A DNA stretch of 64,000 nucleotides from Camelus dromedarius (taxonomy: Eukaryota): NCBI RefSeq assembly GCF_036321535.1, contig NC_087437.1:115074001-115138000 (forward strand), given 5' to 3'. The notes below the pieces were generated by a model, which was given only the letters and a program-made list of their open reading frames with translations, did not search any database and was not told where the DNA came from. Below are positions 25,705 to 39,292 of this stretch, piece by piece; within the stretch, counting starts at the first letter, position 1; every line of letters begins with the position of its first letter. The position numbers and the translations under genes were made by a program.

Positions 25705-25854
25705 GCAGAACATTCATGATGCTGAGAAAGAGAAGTTACATTTTCTTCTCTTTCTGGCAGTCCAGAAAGTAGCGAAAAAGCAGCTGAGGGGGTGGGTGGA
25801 GGTGAGGAAAGGGAAAATGTAAGGAGAAAATAAGGGCTTTGGTAGAATTCCACG

Positions 25855-26027
25855 TGGGGCTTCTCCAACTTTACTATGCATACAGACCACCCTGGGATCT
25901 TGTTAATTTAACATGTGGACGCTGACTTGATTAGACCAGGATGCCTGGAGGTCTGCATTTCTAAACTCTTCCCAGGTGTTGCTTACTGATGCTGCTGATG
26001 CAAAGACCATGCTTTCTGAAGCCCTGG
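25855..26027. mobile_element. MER5A/B hAT-Charlie MITE
   Basis: cacctgggatcttgttaa..tctgcatttctaa..cccaggtg..tgatgctgctg..agaccatgcttt. Confidence 0.75.
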
Positions 26028-27329
26028 TAGACAGGGTCAGGGACAAGCAAATGGTGTGGATACGAGGGTGACAAGGAAGCAGCAAGCCAGCAGTTAATGA
26101 AGCTTTTCTCACAGTTAAGTTTAAATACAAAGATCTGGTCTCTTCCGAACTCTAATTTCCCACTGTGATAAGTAGCCACTGTCGTCATACAAACTAAGAA
26201 ACTAGTTTGAAAGGAAACAAAGACACCAAAAGCAAAAGCATCAAACAATTTTAGACGTGCGTGCTTCTCATGTTACTGTTGAGAAACAAAGCAGCACATT
26301 TAAAAATCCACCTCAAAAGCCTTGTCACATTGGGATAACCCAGTGAAAACGGTATAAATTCTGCAGAATTCATCCAATCAGTGCTCTTAAAAACCAACTT
26401 GAGACCTCAGGTTCTGGCCATGGTTTTACCCTTAGGGGAAGGCATTTGAGGGCTGCCTAGAAAGCTGTCCAAGTCTCTCCTTGCACAGACTTGTTACAGA
26501 TACCACCACCACCTCTTCTTTGCCTCCTGGAGGACAGGAGAGGCCTGGCTTTCCAGGGAATGCCTCTTGTCCCCACAGCACTGAGCCTGGTTTGTATCTA
26601 CGTTCTGGACCACACTGTGCTGATGTGAGCTCTCAGGAGGCAAGGACTCCATGGCCCCTAGCTCTGGCCACGCAGAGCTGTGGCTACATATAAATGTCGA
26701 ATCAGTGTGCACAGACAAGGGGCCAGAAAATAGGCAGACATTCTCCAAATTCTCCTTATATCTTAATTAAGAAAAATAACCCAACATGTAAATTTCTCAC
26801 AGTGTAACCAGGCAAAGATGAGCGGTGTCTCCACACTAGTACTTTTTACAGATCTGGGCATTGTTCAGAAGTGTTTGAAATTATTTGGTTTCTTGGTGGT
26901 GAGGGAGAAGGGATGCTGGTGTTTACGAGGCAAAAAATAGAGAATATGGAAGATCGGTGTGTCCAGACTGTTAGAACGTGCACAGAGGCAAGAGCGCACG
27001 CACACCAATACCTGCCTACGCCTCACTTTCCGAGAGTAATTTGGAGAAGTCTCCCACCTGGTTTAGTGGCTTATTCTGTGGGCCGGGAGTAGACATCTAC
27101 ATCCGTATATGACGCTCTCCCAGTGTCCTCGATGCTTTTGACTTAAGACAGAAAAAAAAGCCACTGGTAACCTGGGGGAGCATCAGAAATCACTGTGGTC
27201 ATCCAAAGGCCACAATTCTCCTACCCCCAAATTAAACTACTCAGTTCATTGATTATCATGAATAGGATGTTTCTGTTAGTCATCCATTCGAATTGGGACA
27301 CTTGTCTGAGGTTTTAAATTTGGGGCGAT

Positions 27330-27610
27330 TGTTCTTCCTTAACTCAGGAGGCTCAAAAGTGCGATGGTCCAGAGTCAACCTGCTGTGTTCAATCCTCACT
27401 CCAACGCACACCATCACTACCCCAGGCCACATAACCACTCAGCCTGTTTGCACATCAGTAAAAAGGGGTCAATAAAAGTGACCCTGTCGTTGGGTTGCTG
27501 TGAAGGATTATTGAAGAAAATGCATCAAGTGCTTAGCCCAGTATTTAGGAAGAGCTGGATAACCTCACTGTTAATATATTGTCATCACTATCGTGGTAGT
27601 TATTGTTATT
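27330..27610 (+). mobile_element. MIR SINE
   Basis: gttcaatcct..ctcagcctgtttgcacatcagtaaaaagggg..gggttgctgtgaaggatta..aagtgcttagc. Confidence 0.75.
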
Positions 27611-28629
27611 TTGCTACTTTGCATGAAGTTTTGAATTGATCAATATTACCCTGAAACCATGGACTGGTCACCTTAGATCAGATTACCTCCTCGCATTTAG
27701 CCTGTCTAGTGATGAAGCCATGTATGTAGCTGGATCCAAGGGAATACAGTTTTATATATAAGTCGATGCAGCCAGCCAAATGTGTTGATGGGTAGAGATA
27801 ATGATCCACCTCAAATATTTATTTTGAGAAGTGGAGATACACAGCTCTGGCTGGAACATGCAGGGTCCTGGTCCAATAAATCCTAAATGTATAGACATAC
27901 ATTTATTTCATAATAAATGAAATAAATTTCAGCCCGCTTTCCATTCATCAGAATTCAATGCTCCAGAAGCAACTGAAGCCCCATCTAGTTTCAGAAACAG
28001 ATATGATTTTATCCAGATGACAGAAAGCTCTCTCATTAGCACATAACAGATTATGTCCCAAGAAAAAAAAGGAAGGGGAGAGGCACAAACTTGTTTTATC
28101 ATTAGCCACATCCACCAATAAGAACAGCAAGAAGTATTCCCCAAATTCCTTTCCCCAGAAACTATACTGGTGTAAAGGATGGCCTGGCATTTGAGCAAGG
28201 CGCAGGACCTTAGCCGACTCCAGATGAGGGTCAGAACATGACTGCATTCTCATGTACCGCAGCGACATTGCCAAAGGCAGGGAGGCCACAGCACCAGTGA
28301 TCTAAGCACTCCCCACTCCCCGCTTTTTGCTTTATACCCACAGGTGTGAGAGAAAGAGGTGGTAATATTTCCTTTTCCATGATTAGTAATCTTTTTTCAA
28401 AAAGTCTCACAATTATACTAATTACTTAAGCAAAGGATCAGAGGAGTCAGCTGTTGCCACTGCTTAGATTCCAGTAAGACTTCCATTAGCAAAATTAAAG
28501 TTGGCTTTCCTCCTTCCTGGCAATCATTCAGAGCAACCTCGTTTGGCTGCAATACACCATGCCTGTCGTAGGAACTTCCCAGAGCAAACAGTAAGCATTC
28601 AATAAAGATTAGACTTAAATAAAAAAAAA

Positions 28630-28846
28630 AAAGAGGGATAAATTAGGAATTTGGGATTAACAGATACAAACTACTATATACAAAATAGATAACAACAAAT
28701 TCTTAATGTATAGCACAGGGAACTACATTCAGTATCTGGAAATATCCTATAATGACAAAGAATATATGTATATATGTAAAACTGAATCACTATGCTATAC
28801 ATGAGAAGCTAACAACATTGTAAATCAACTAAACTTCAATTTCAAG
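28630..28846 (+). mobile_element. Cetartiodactyl L1 3' UTR stub
   Basis: gggataaattaggaatttgggattaacagatac..gtatagcacagggaactac..tgtaaatcaac; aaagattaga flanks both sides as a probable TSD. Confidence 0.9.
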
Positions 28847-31309
28847 AAAGATTAGATTAAAATGAAAGATTAAGCATTAGATAATAGGATGCAATTCATA
28901 CCACATTATTTTCAAAATGAAAAGACTACTATCATGGAATCCTTTGATATGAAGGTAGATTATAAACATTGATAACTTTCCTTTTCACTAGCATTTGAAA
29001 TTACTCTGGTTTAGCATTTGTGTCTGCTCAGTCTGGACTTAATTGGTTTCTTTGCCCTTCCCTATACAATTGAATCTTTTCTCCAAATGACCCTGTATTA
29101 GCTTTAATTAGATTTTCTGGGTTTACAGTGTTTTCATCTTCTAAAAACCATTACCGTGTGCCATAGTTGTGATCTGTTCTCCAATATTTGTTTGATTATG
29201 ACTCAAGATATTTAAATTTTAAAAAAGAAGAAGAATTTAAATCTCTTAATTCTCAAACACACACCTATTCTACACCCACAGGATATTTCTCTCCCCACCC
29301 CACTCCACCGCCTTCCCCACCCACTACCCTGGGGCTTCTTGTCTTTGACATCATACAATTCCCTGAATAAAGGAGACTGGAGTTTTGTTACCAGTGAAAC
29401 GAACTTTACATTAGAGACATCCAAATTGTGTGGATTTGTTATAAGCTTCTTTGAAAAAGTACTACTCCATTATTGGGAATGTTTATGCCTAAAAAGAAGA
29501 TTCTGTGTTCTATTGTGTCAGAAGCTTTCAAAGTGCAATTGTTCAATTTGCAAACTGCAATTGGTTAACCAAGCTAAACTTAATTAGTCCAACGATCCTC
29601 CAGCCCACATCAAACCCCACTGTTTGATGTATTCTGCGAGGTGTCCAAGCCGCCTACAGCTGTCTAAGTGCCACAATGAAAAGGCAGCTCGGCTTAGGTC
29701 TGGGAACTGAAATGAGCTGTTCTAAGTGGAGCTTTTCTTCCATTTTCTGAGGCTGCACTGCTCTGACCTTCTCCAAATCAATCCTTTGCGGATTAACATG
29801 TAAAGCAGTGTCGAATTAATTTCAGAAAAGGAATATGAGATCAGCCTAGGATCATACAAAACATCTAACTCCTAAATACACTAATGCTTCTAGCCATTCA
29901 ATGAGAAGCTGTCAATAAAGGGAAAAAAGTCGGGGAGGAGGGTGGCCAGAAGGATTTGAAGGTTGGAGCAATCTATCAGACTAGTTAGCACATTGCCTAC
30001 TTCTGTGGCATGGCTAATGCATTCCTCTAGAAGTTAATCCTATTTCTAAAGACCCTCCTGCTAGGAGCACATAGGCCGTGATGAATGAGAACTAAAATGC
30101 ATTAAAATTCTCAACAACTTCACCAAAAGGCACACTATTAGATTCTGAGTGTCTACAATAAGACGGTTCATTAAAAGTGCTGGTCTCAAAGACTCTGCTT
30201 TTGTCCCTACACACTAGGGAGAGAGGGTCCAGTGTGTCACTGTGACACCTGCAGCCAAAATATTTTTACATTAGGTTGTCCAAGTAATCACATGAGAAAC
30301 ACCCCATGAAATGGCAAGGGAAGGCCCTTTCCATGGGCTAGCTTAAATACCATTATTATGCGCCTGCACTCAGAGGAGGATATGTGTTTCCATGGCATTA
30401 GCCACACAACAGTGTCATTAAACCCACTTTTAAAAAGTCAGACATGAAAGAGCACTTATTCAATTTCCCTTGAAGAAGCTTCAGCGTTTGAACACTTCTT
30501 TCTTTCTCCCATTGTATTTTGCTTGTACTCAATTAAGAGATAATTTAGCCATTTATCACGAGGTAGTTGAGGCTGAGCATTTATACAGACATTTAGTACA
30601 GCTTTTCTTACAGGCAAAAATCTGTAACTACCTCTAAAAGATAGTTAACATGGGAGGCCTAATATTGACCAGAAATTACATCTTGATGAGTTAGTTTTTA
30701 GTCCCTGTCTATAGACACAGGGAAAGGCTGGGCTACCCTCAAGGATGACTAAAACAAATTATAAAGCAATGTTAATTCTAACATCAGAAATGCCAAGATT
30801 GAAACACTTTAGACACTATGGAATTGAGTAGAAGCAGCAGGTGAGGAGGCTCTGACATGCAAAAATATAGACGAGGGACGCACACCTGGAAATGGGAGAG
30901 ACTCCATTTGTTCACGAATTAATGAAAGGATGAATGGAGTTGGACTTGGCCATCAAGTTCAGGGCGTTTACAGCAACTCAGTGGGCTCATGTTTTGCAAA
31001 AGTTCATCCTTGATGTGAAATGCAAGGTTCAGCTGAGGGGTTCTGGGGGCGGGGGGAGTGTAGGAGGGCGAGAGAAAAGCAGAGATGGAGCTGGAATCAC
31101 ATCCACATTGATTCTGTGCTTCATGACTTACACATGTGCTGCATTTATTCTTTTGTATAAACATTATGCTGAACAAAGTGGAAATTAATAGTCATTTCCT
31201 CTGAGCTTTCATTTTCACATCAGTATCTATCACTTCTTTGTGATTCAATCAAGCCTACTATAAACCATTTCTCAGTCTAAACCATATTGCATCTGAACAT
31301 AATAATCAG

Positions 31310-31530
31310 CATGGTAATGATACTAATAGTACCATTTATGGGGAGTTTAAAATCAGCATTTCTGTTTCACATAAATTATCTCTAATCCTCACAATCCTTC
31401 AGGTAGGTGGCATCCTTGTTTTACAGATGAAACACCTGAAGCTCAGAAGGGCAAGTCAGCTGCGTAAGGTCACGAGGCTGGCAGGCACCAGAGGCAGAAC
31501 TGAACTGGGATCTGTCAGACTCAAAAAAAA
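31310..31530 (-). mobile_element. MIR SINE
   Basis: taatcctcacaa..ttttacagatgaaacacctgaagctcaga..aaggtcac. Confidence 0.75.
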
Positions 31531-34500
31531 AAAAAACCAAGTTCTTTCCAATTCTCTGTAAAGAAAAGAACTGTCTACTGTAGAAAAATAAAATATGGAG
31601 TAATGGAATTTTTTAAAAATCACTAGTAATTCTACCACTTCACACAGGGATTTGAGTGGAACTGGACTGAATCCCTTACACCCCTGAATACCTGCCACCC
31701 CTCATGTCGATTATACCCCCAGACTTCCCCACTCCTTGGGCCTAAGCAGCTTTTGTCTTTCTGATTACCCTGGAGAGGCAGCCAGAGCACCTGAGGAACC
31801 AGAATTAGCTCTGTGGGTGGCTGCCCAGTGGAGGCAGAGGGCAGGAGAAACGTAAACCAGAAAGTGGGATGATGAGTGAAGAACTGGGAGGTGATGTTAT
31901 GGCCTGGACCAGGGCCAGCCCTGCTGTCTGGGAGGTGAGGGTGCTCCAGCAAGACCGTGTGAAAAGATAAACCAGTTCGTGCTCAGGGTGGCACACCCCA
32001 CGTAAGAAAGGGTGAAACAAACCAGTCACTGTGCAGCATGAAGGACTGTGACCCAGGATACAGTCCATTAGGTGCTGGCAGTTTTATTTCACTATGCTTT
32101 TACATCACCTTGGGAAGGTGGGCATTGCCGGGGCAGGCTGGACACTGCATCCAGCAGCCTGTTTCCTTCAGCAGATTTGCCTTAATTTCCATCTGTCGTT
32201 TGTGCACAGCAAGAGCTCATGAGGATTAGGAAGAACAGAGAAAACAACTGTATTTCAATGGTTCCGTTGAACCTCTGCCAAGAAGACTTAGAAATGTGAG
32301 TTGACTTAAACTGCTAGACACTCATGCATGTATGCATTCATTCACTCCTTCATGCAGTTAACTGGCACACCCAGCTGTGATGATCACCATCACACTCACC
32401 AAAAAATAATGACTGAAAGAACTGGCCTTTGCCAACTCTGCGGAACCCTCCTCCCCAAACCTCGTTTTGCATTTAGCTCTAGTGTGCCCTCAATGTTATG
32501 ATTTTAAAATAAGGTTTCAGTACTTCTCTAACCTGAATGTTCACACTGTCACTTCTTCAGCACCTCATTAATGTCTTACCTGATATTTAAGCATTTGTTT
32601 AAAGGAAAAAAACTTCAAGTTTTTAATCTGAAGAGAGTTTTCAGTACAAAAATAGTGATTATCCTAAAACTGACGTACGTTTTAAGATACAAATTCTAGG
32701 CTATAAGAAACAAAGTTGAGAAGAATTAAAATGTACTTTCAAATGAGAATTGTGACCAAGATGAAAAAAGGGATGAGAAGGGAGGAGAGAGAAAGAAGAG
32801 GAAGGGGAGAGGACAGGTGGAGGGAAATGATGGAGAGGAAGCCACAGGAACCATCAAGAGGCCTCCCTGACGTGACAGAGCTGAAGCCAGGAATCCTCAT
32901 CCGACCCATGTCCACCAACGAGCAATGTTAGGCCACGTGCAGGTAATGTAAGTTACTGCTATTGTCTTTCCTGTAGGTGTCATGTGGTGATAAAAGTTCA
33001 CTCCTCATCTGATGGATGAAGCACAGACTGTACAACAGCTCTGTCTGACCTGATGGGTTCTTTTAAAATAAACATTTCATTATGGTTTAATTTTACATTT
33101 ACATTGTTTTTTCAAGATATGGCAACCACAGTGGTCTAGGCTTAGCACACGTGATGGCCATCAGCACTTATACACATGCCCTCTGCAGTCAAACAGTCCA
33201 CAACTTGCTTGAGGATACACAGATAAAGACTACTTGGATGCAAATGTATCTAGATACTACTGTGAATTTTACCTCTTTTGGTATTACAAAAATATGGTGA
33301 CAAAGGCTAATTATCCATGCCTAGAAAATGGAAGAACAAGGACAAGATCGGTTTGTTTCATCACAGCAGGATCATGATTTTAAAAGAAAGGTAACTATTT
33401 AAAAAAAAACTACCAATAAAAATAGTACTTAATTCAGAGTAAGGTTAAAAGAAATGAAAACAACCAAGTAAAAGTTAATATATCACTCACTGGACTCATT
33501 TGTTCTATAGATCAGGGCATAACCACGCAGGTTTTCTTGACCTGTGAGTCTGGACTTCTCTCTCTCTTTTTTTTAAGCACTGCCAAACAAAATAATGACT
33601 AATAGCTTTTTAATCTAATCTAAGACTGCACTGATTGTAGTACACATGCCCATTTCAGAAGTGTTAAAATGTGTTTTGGAACTGATGAAACAGTAATCAA
33701 GTTAAGCCCAAGCCAACCAAAACTACATTTCCTATGTATTTAGATAATGATGCAGGGCAGAGAGTGAGAGCCAGGTAAATATTTACTGAATCAATGGATG
33801 GCCTGGGAGGTAATATTCATCTGTTAATACGAAATTACTTGCAGTTTGCTGGCAAACCATCTTCTCCCCATCTGCACTTACCCATCTCTGGGACACTCCT
33901 CTCCCACCTCCCTCATTATCAGAAAAAATCAGTTCATTCATTATGGATACCTTTTCACCATACATGATAATTTCCATGTAAACTAGCTGTACTAATTTGT
34001 TAACGAACGTCCTTCAAGGATTTAAGACTCATCGAATCCTTTCATGTACTCTGGACTTGCAAATATGTGTACGTGTGAACTTGGTCTATGACAATATGAC
34101 CACCACCACCAGCTTCAGGTGTATAGGAGGTGTCTGTGCTCTTCTTCTGCCTCTGCCTTTCAGTCTCTGCGTGGGGCAAGGGAATGGTGTGTGTGCAAGG
34201 ACACACAAACAGGCTTCAGAGCAAGGCTTGTGCTGTGTCATTGACTTTCTAGGTCTCCTACCACCAGATGTACAGAGTCAGGGTCACCTGCGTAAATTAG
34301 ACCCAACTGGGTTTTTGTGTTTGCATTATCTAGACAAATACTTCTCTGCATGTGAATTGTGTGGACCAGCCTATTTAGCTATTCCGCCTACCACCCAGAG
34401 AGGACAAAACTCAATCTGTTGTCTTCAGAGACTCTCTGTGTATCTAACACTCTGACATCAAGAGAAATGAAAGAGATCAGCGACTCCACGCTTGCTGGAA

Positions 34501-35339
34501 CATCAACAAGGAGGATGAAGGACCAGGAGCAGAGTTGGTACTAAATCATCATCGCCTCTCAACAGAAACAACAGGGGAAATATCACGGTAGCAGAAATTC
34601 ATTAACAGGCTGCTAAACCTGCAGGTTCCCTGGCAGCACAGGTGGAGAGAGAAATCATCTTGAAGTATAACCACGAGAACTGTAAGTTATTGATGAAGGC
34701 TCATTAAGCCATCAGAGAGGCATCAGCAAACAGCCCATGGACTACTTACCCCCTGCCTTCCTCACCAGGCTATAGGATGTCATACGGTAGGGTCAAGGCC
34801 AAATCTGATGCCACCTCTGCTATCTCATGCAGAATTTCTGCTTCTTCTAGGCTTTCTTTGCACCATGCTATGTGGAGGCTTCCTCCACAGAAGACTTTGC
34901 AAGAACCAGAAGCGAAAGCAAAACCTGGTGAGAGGTACAAACACAGCAAACCAGAATGAAAACACATGTGCAACCCTTGTAGCCAACAAGACACGTATTC
35001 GAATAAAGGGCAGCACATCTTCCTCCTATTCAAGGGGCCAGATTTAAATCACTAAAGAGATGGTGGTTGAATGGTTACACACACGCTGGGGGTGCTTCAA
35101 GTTAAGCTTAGGGAAGAGAGCTGGCAGTGATGAACAACAGCCAGTCATGAACCAGTTTATGATCTTTAACCTGGTGACCTTGCTCCTAAACTCCTTGAGT
35201 TTATCCTAAAACTCCTTTTTGAAAGAAAGAAAAGATCTTCCCATAAAAATGTTCAGTGTAGCTTCAGAACCACAGAAATTTGAAATGACCTAAATATCCA
35301 ACAGCACAGAGACCACTAAAGAAATCACATGGGGCCACT

Positions 35340-35700
35340 ATGCCAACTGGCTTAGCCGCAGCTCTTCTCAGAAAGGAGGACTCCTGAGGCGACAGCTCCC
35401 ATGCAGATAGTTTATTGTGGGAAGTGAAGATGAGTGGGAGCTGGGGAGACTCTTTAGAGCAGCCTCAGACTCAGAGAAAGTGAGTGTTCGCCTGCTAGCA
35501 TGCCCACCCCTACTGGTCGAGGTGTGGCCAGTGGGAACTCTCTCTCTGGTCGTGCCTGTAGGAATGCCAGGCAGGGTTCCACATTACATGAGTTGAAGAG
35601 GCAGCAGGGCACAAAGCAGGCTGTGGGAGGTGCAGTCACATTGCACCCATACAAAGCTGACCACGGCAGCAATGGCCTGGGAGAAGGTGAGCACAAGAGG
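35340..35700. mobile_element. Old ERVL-type LTR remnant, apparently inside an L1M fragment
   Basis: ctcctgaggcgacagctcccatgcagatagtttatt..gggaagtg; L1M-like text on both flanks. Confidence 0.4.
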
Positions 35701-36109
35701 AATCCAATACACTTTTGCTATAATTTGGAACTATGATGCCAACCCTGAAACACATTTCTAGTATAAAATTTGGTGAAAAATAAACAAAATTCTGTCTACA
35801 CTAAAATTATAATGCCACCAACTGATTTTTGCTTGTGGACGTGGCCTATGAGCTTTTGGAAAAATGAAAATAACTGATATGTTAACTTAGTGTGATAATG
35901 GAATTTTTTCTTTTATGTTATTTTCATTACAATACAGTTTGTACAATAAATATGAAACATTAAAATTTTCAATCAACCAGGATCTCTAAAGACTGGTCTA
36001 GCTGAACGATTTTGAAATTTTATGGATCCTGGAAAGTTTCCAAGATGAGTATTTCTGATAATCTCCCAACAGTTTTAATCTCATAATTGACGTCACTATT
36101 AATCACCAT

Positions 36110-36340
36110 TACTGTCAATATTAACTGAATAATTAGCATGTGCACCGGGCTGGGTGAGGACTTTGTATGTATTACTACATTTAATCCTCATTTCAAATGA
36201 GGTAAGTACTATTTTACTTTACAGATAAGATGACTGTGGTTTAGAAAGAATCAGTAACTTACAGCTAACAAATGAAAGGCTCTCCCATTTAAACGCTGTT
36301 TATGTGGTTTTGTTAAAAGCTCTTAACCATTATATTATGC
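36110..36340 (-). mobile_element. MIR SINE
   Basis: catttaatcctca..gaggtaagtactatt..tttacagataagatgactg. Confidence 0.7.
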
Positions 36341-36639
36341 AAGCTGCAGGGTGGGGAGGGTGTCTGGTTAATACCAAGCTTAGACTGGCCTTGTTAGAGC
36401 AGAGTTTAGCACAGCATGTTGCATCTCCACACCATGGCGGTGTGTAGGACAATCTAAAATGACCCTAGTGCTTCTGAAGCCTTGTTTTCAAAGACCACCA
36501 GGAACCCATCTGAAGTCAGAGTGGAGATAGGTCAACTGGCTGCGGAAGGAAGTGCACAGGGGAAATATGCTGCATCCCAGGGAGGGAGTTGGGAGCACCT
36601 ACCACAGTCTGGACTTGTGCTGACAGATTCTAAGGAGTG

Positions 36640-37050
36640 GTAATGGGTGGATTTGTGTTCCCCTCCTCAAAAAACATGTTAGAGACCTAACACCCTGGTA
36701 CCTCAGAAATGTGACCTTATTTGGAAGTTGGGTCTTTACAGAGATAAGTTAAAGTGAAGTCATTAGGGTAGACGCAAATCCAATATGACCTTATAAAAGG
36801 GGAAAATTTGGATACAGAGACAGACACGTACAGAGGGGAGACAACGTGAAGATACAAGGAGAAGAGGGTCATGTGGCTGGGATGATAGGGCTACAAACCC
36901 AGGGATGCCAAGGATTGCCGGCAACCACCAGAGCTACAAAAGGCAAAGAAGGATGTTTCCCTTCAGACAGTACCAGATCCTGCTGGTACCTTGGCTTAGA
37001 ACTTTAAGCCTCCAGAACTATGAGACAATAAATTTTTATTGTTTTAAGAC
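36640..37050 (+). mobile_element. MLT1 (B/C/D-like) solo LTR
   Basis: atgtgaccttatttggaa..ggtctttacaga..atgccaaggattgccggcaaccaccag..gcctccagaactatgagacaataaat. Confidence 0.88.
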
Positions 37051-38899
37051 CAAAATAATAGTAATAATTACTCATTATAAAACTGAATATTATATACTGC
37101 CTAGATTTCAAATTCCTTTAGTTTTATATTGACAATAACTATAGTCTGTGTCAACCAGTTCTTGAGATTGGCTTGGTTTTGACGCATGTACGCATGTGTG
37201 TACAAACATATGCATGTATGTTGTACTAAGTGATTCTTAAGAAAATGAGCTTCATTCATTTTCCAAATCAGTTTGACTTCTTGACTCAATTAAAATGCAG
37301 GAGGAGGCTCTATCAGCATTGAATCAGATCTTGTGGCATCTCCAGGTCCCTCCCAGCCCCAGGATTCCACTATTCTATAAGCACAGCTGACAGCACTGAT
37401 CAGCAGCCCTGACCATGGTCCACAGATGGTATATGTAACATCCGTGATGTCACAGTACAGCTCTGGGGAAGTGGGTCCCAGAGAACAAGTGACAAGGTGG
37501 GAATCCGAACTACTTCAAGGATAATCGATGCTGATGAAATACGGCTTTAAACAATGAAGAGAGAACTAGAAATTTGGCATGCCGCCAACCCATACCTTGG
37601 CGGGCAGAGGAACAAGGGGTAGAGATGGTGGGAGCTACCTTCACTGAACAACTGAGGACTGGAGATACTAGAAAGGCAGACGATGTGTTTTCACCTAACA
37701 CAAGGAGTTAGAATAAAGAGCAATAATAAAAAGATTAGGAAAAATGAAAGAATCCCACCAACTTCTATTCTGTGAGCTATGACTTTAATGTCAGAGTAAC
37801 AATGATGGGAAATCAATCAAAAACTATGATTCTTCATTACACTGCACATCTTAGGAAATAATTCCTGACAAATCCAGAAGAATTTCAGTTCTTTCAATCT
37901 AATGTTTAGAATACATAATCACCTTTACTACTACAGATTTAAGGACTTTTTCCAATGAATGAACCTTTTAATCTCCCACCCACTGCCCCCAGCCCATTCT
38001 TTTGTTATGTTCTTAGAGTTTTAGGAGTTGAGATTTCCCAGAAGAGGGGCTGGGCACATGACAGAAAGAGCTTCTGTGATTATCACATAGTGAATTTTTC
38101 CTCCTTGATCTTTAACATTCACTTTCTTTGTTCTTAATTCCTCTATTTTCCATTCTACTATTTCGCAGGTGAGTCAGTTTTTTCCAAATACATCAAAGGT
38201 ATATGCCAAACATCAATTTTAACTTTTTAAGTGACAAATAAATCCACGTGCAAGTTTATTTATAATTTGGCTTGAAAATATTCACTAAAATGTAACTGAA
38301 AAAAATATAAAATGGAGTGTAGCCCTTATTGATTGTGATGCAAAGAGAACACCAGTGCTCGTGTGGGAAGTCTTGCCCTAGGAGAGGGGTCTCAGGAGCT
38401 GCACAGGCTGTTTGGTGGGCTGATGAGGAAAGAGCATGTCAGGAATGTGATGACGCCATTTCAACGCAATTTCCACAAGGACACAAAGGCAACAGCAAGC
38501 AGGCACATGAAAGAGTCATTAAGTTGTTGAGCCCAAGATGAAAGGAAGAACTGAGCTAAGTTTGCGAAGGAAGAAACACAGGAAGTGATAGATCTCCGGT
38601 GCCTACGTGAAGGGTCTTTAAAAACAAAAAGAGGAGCTTGGATTTGGTCCAGAGTTTGATGGAAGGTCTCCATGACATTTTACAGAAGAACTACTTCAGA
38701 AGAAGTGTTGAGAATGAAAGGAGGGTTCTAGAGGCAAGAGACAAACAAAAGGGGGAGAAAGTGAACTTTGGGGCCAGAGTTGAGAAGCTAGAAGAGGAAG
38801 AAGGACTTGATTTCCCAACAACATGTACAGAAATGGCATTCCCACAATCCTTAAAAGTAAGGCTTTGGAGACAACTGATAAAAGCTAGCCAATTAGATG

Positions 38900-39292
38900 C
38901 ACTCAAGTGATATTTGGAAGAAGAAAGAGAGGCAGAGACCTCCTCCTGCTGCTATGGCCATTGTGTGTCCAGTCCCCAGGCCAGTGGGAGCAGCTAGGTC
39001 AAGTATCCCAAGGCTCAAGATTTCTGGGTGTTGCAAACAGGTGCAGAGCCAGTGGGGACCTAACCTCTGGTCTCAGCTGCAGTCCATGCTTCTGGAGTCA
39101 GCAGTTCCGGTGGCTCCCTTGACTCCTCCCCTTCTTTATCAGTAGGCTACTTCAAGGGTTGTTTCCTAGGTCATTCTCGGAGTTAGCCCAGAGTTAGCAC
39201 CTCCAACCCTCTCACTGATCTTCCAAGTACCCAATCACCTGCATTCAATCCCTTTCTGCTCAAAAGCCCTGGAATGAAACCCTGACTACCAT
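38900..39292 (+). mobile_element. Old ERVL LTR remnant (LTR33/LTR16-like)
   Basis: Terminal atccctttctgctcaaa..aaccctgact pattern. Confidence 0.45.

Noticed and set aside
34750..34925. Minus-strand exon candidate ending at gggg|gtaagt
   Set aside because: The protein-like frame (ESLEEAEILHEIAEVASDL) stops before the donor and matches nothing I recognise.
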